Both the position numbers and the translations under genes were made by a program. From assembly GCA_034780895.1 (NCBI GenBank), contig JAUZTB010000063.1, forward strand, positions 36,258,803-36,322,802: a stretch of 64,000 nt of DNA. The letters run 5' to 3'. Source of the stretch: Rhynchobatus australiae. Its lineage: Eukaryota. Below, piece after piece: positions 63,659 through 64,000 of this stretch (its first letter is position 1; every line of letters begins with the position of its first letter). The notes beneath the pieces are model-generated. The model did not search any database. It saw nothing but the letters and a program-made list of their open reading frames with translations, and was not told where the DNA came from.

Positions 63659-64000
63659 CTGAAGACAAAAAAAAATTGAAAATTATCATGCAGTGAAGGT
63701 CATAGAACCCAACGCTGCAGATCCTGTACGTGTCAAGTTTTCAGATCGAGCTGCAGGTCCAGAATTTGCACGAATGCAAAATAACATATTGCAAAAAAAT
63801 TTGCGATAACTCTTGAAAAATAACCTTAAGGATATTAATTTTATTCAGTTTTGAAAATACTTGATGTCTGTTTTAAGTTGGAAGCAAATTTGTATTTACT
63901 AAATTTTACAGGTTGGTTAATTGTCTTACTTTCCATTTGTCAAGGTAGTCTCTTCAGTGAAGAAATTAAATTTATTATATTCATTTCCACTCCACTTTTG

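Overview
Vertebrate genomic DNA, not prokaryotic. The repeat content (V-SINEs, CR1, Rex1/Babar, RTE, L2 and Penelope-like elements) points to a cartilaginous fish, and the assembly is a gapped draft. The window holds the conserved block RECQL(-) / GOLT1B(+) / SPX(+) / GYS2(-). It contains the 5' end of RECQL, a shared CpG-island bidirectional promoter, the complete 5-exon GOLT1B CDS (138 aa), five coding exons of the spexin precursor (mature peptide NWTPQAMLYLKGAQ-GRR; last exon not located) and the last two exons of glycogen synthase. Most notable: (1) many Penelope-like element ends carry decayed minimal hammerhead-ribozyme motifs with apparent stem covariation; (2) the promoter contains a tandem array of GC-box + PBX/PREP-type decamer modules; (3) SPX has an open in-frame intron 2 and a probable GC-AG intron 5 whose read-through adds a second GRR site; (4) exon-like, stop-interrupted segments in GOLT1B intron 4 and downstream may be a decayed unannotated gene (speculative). 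Exon coordinates were counted by hand. Repeat boundaries are approximate. Homology statements are from recall, not from database searches.
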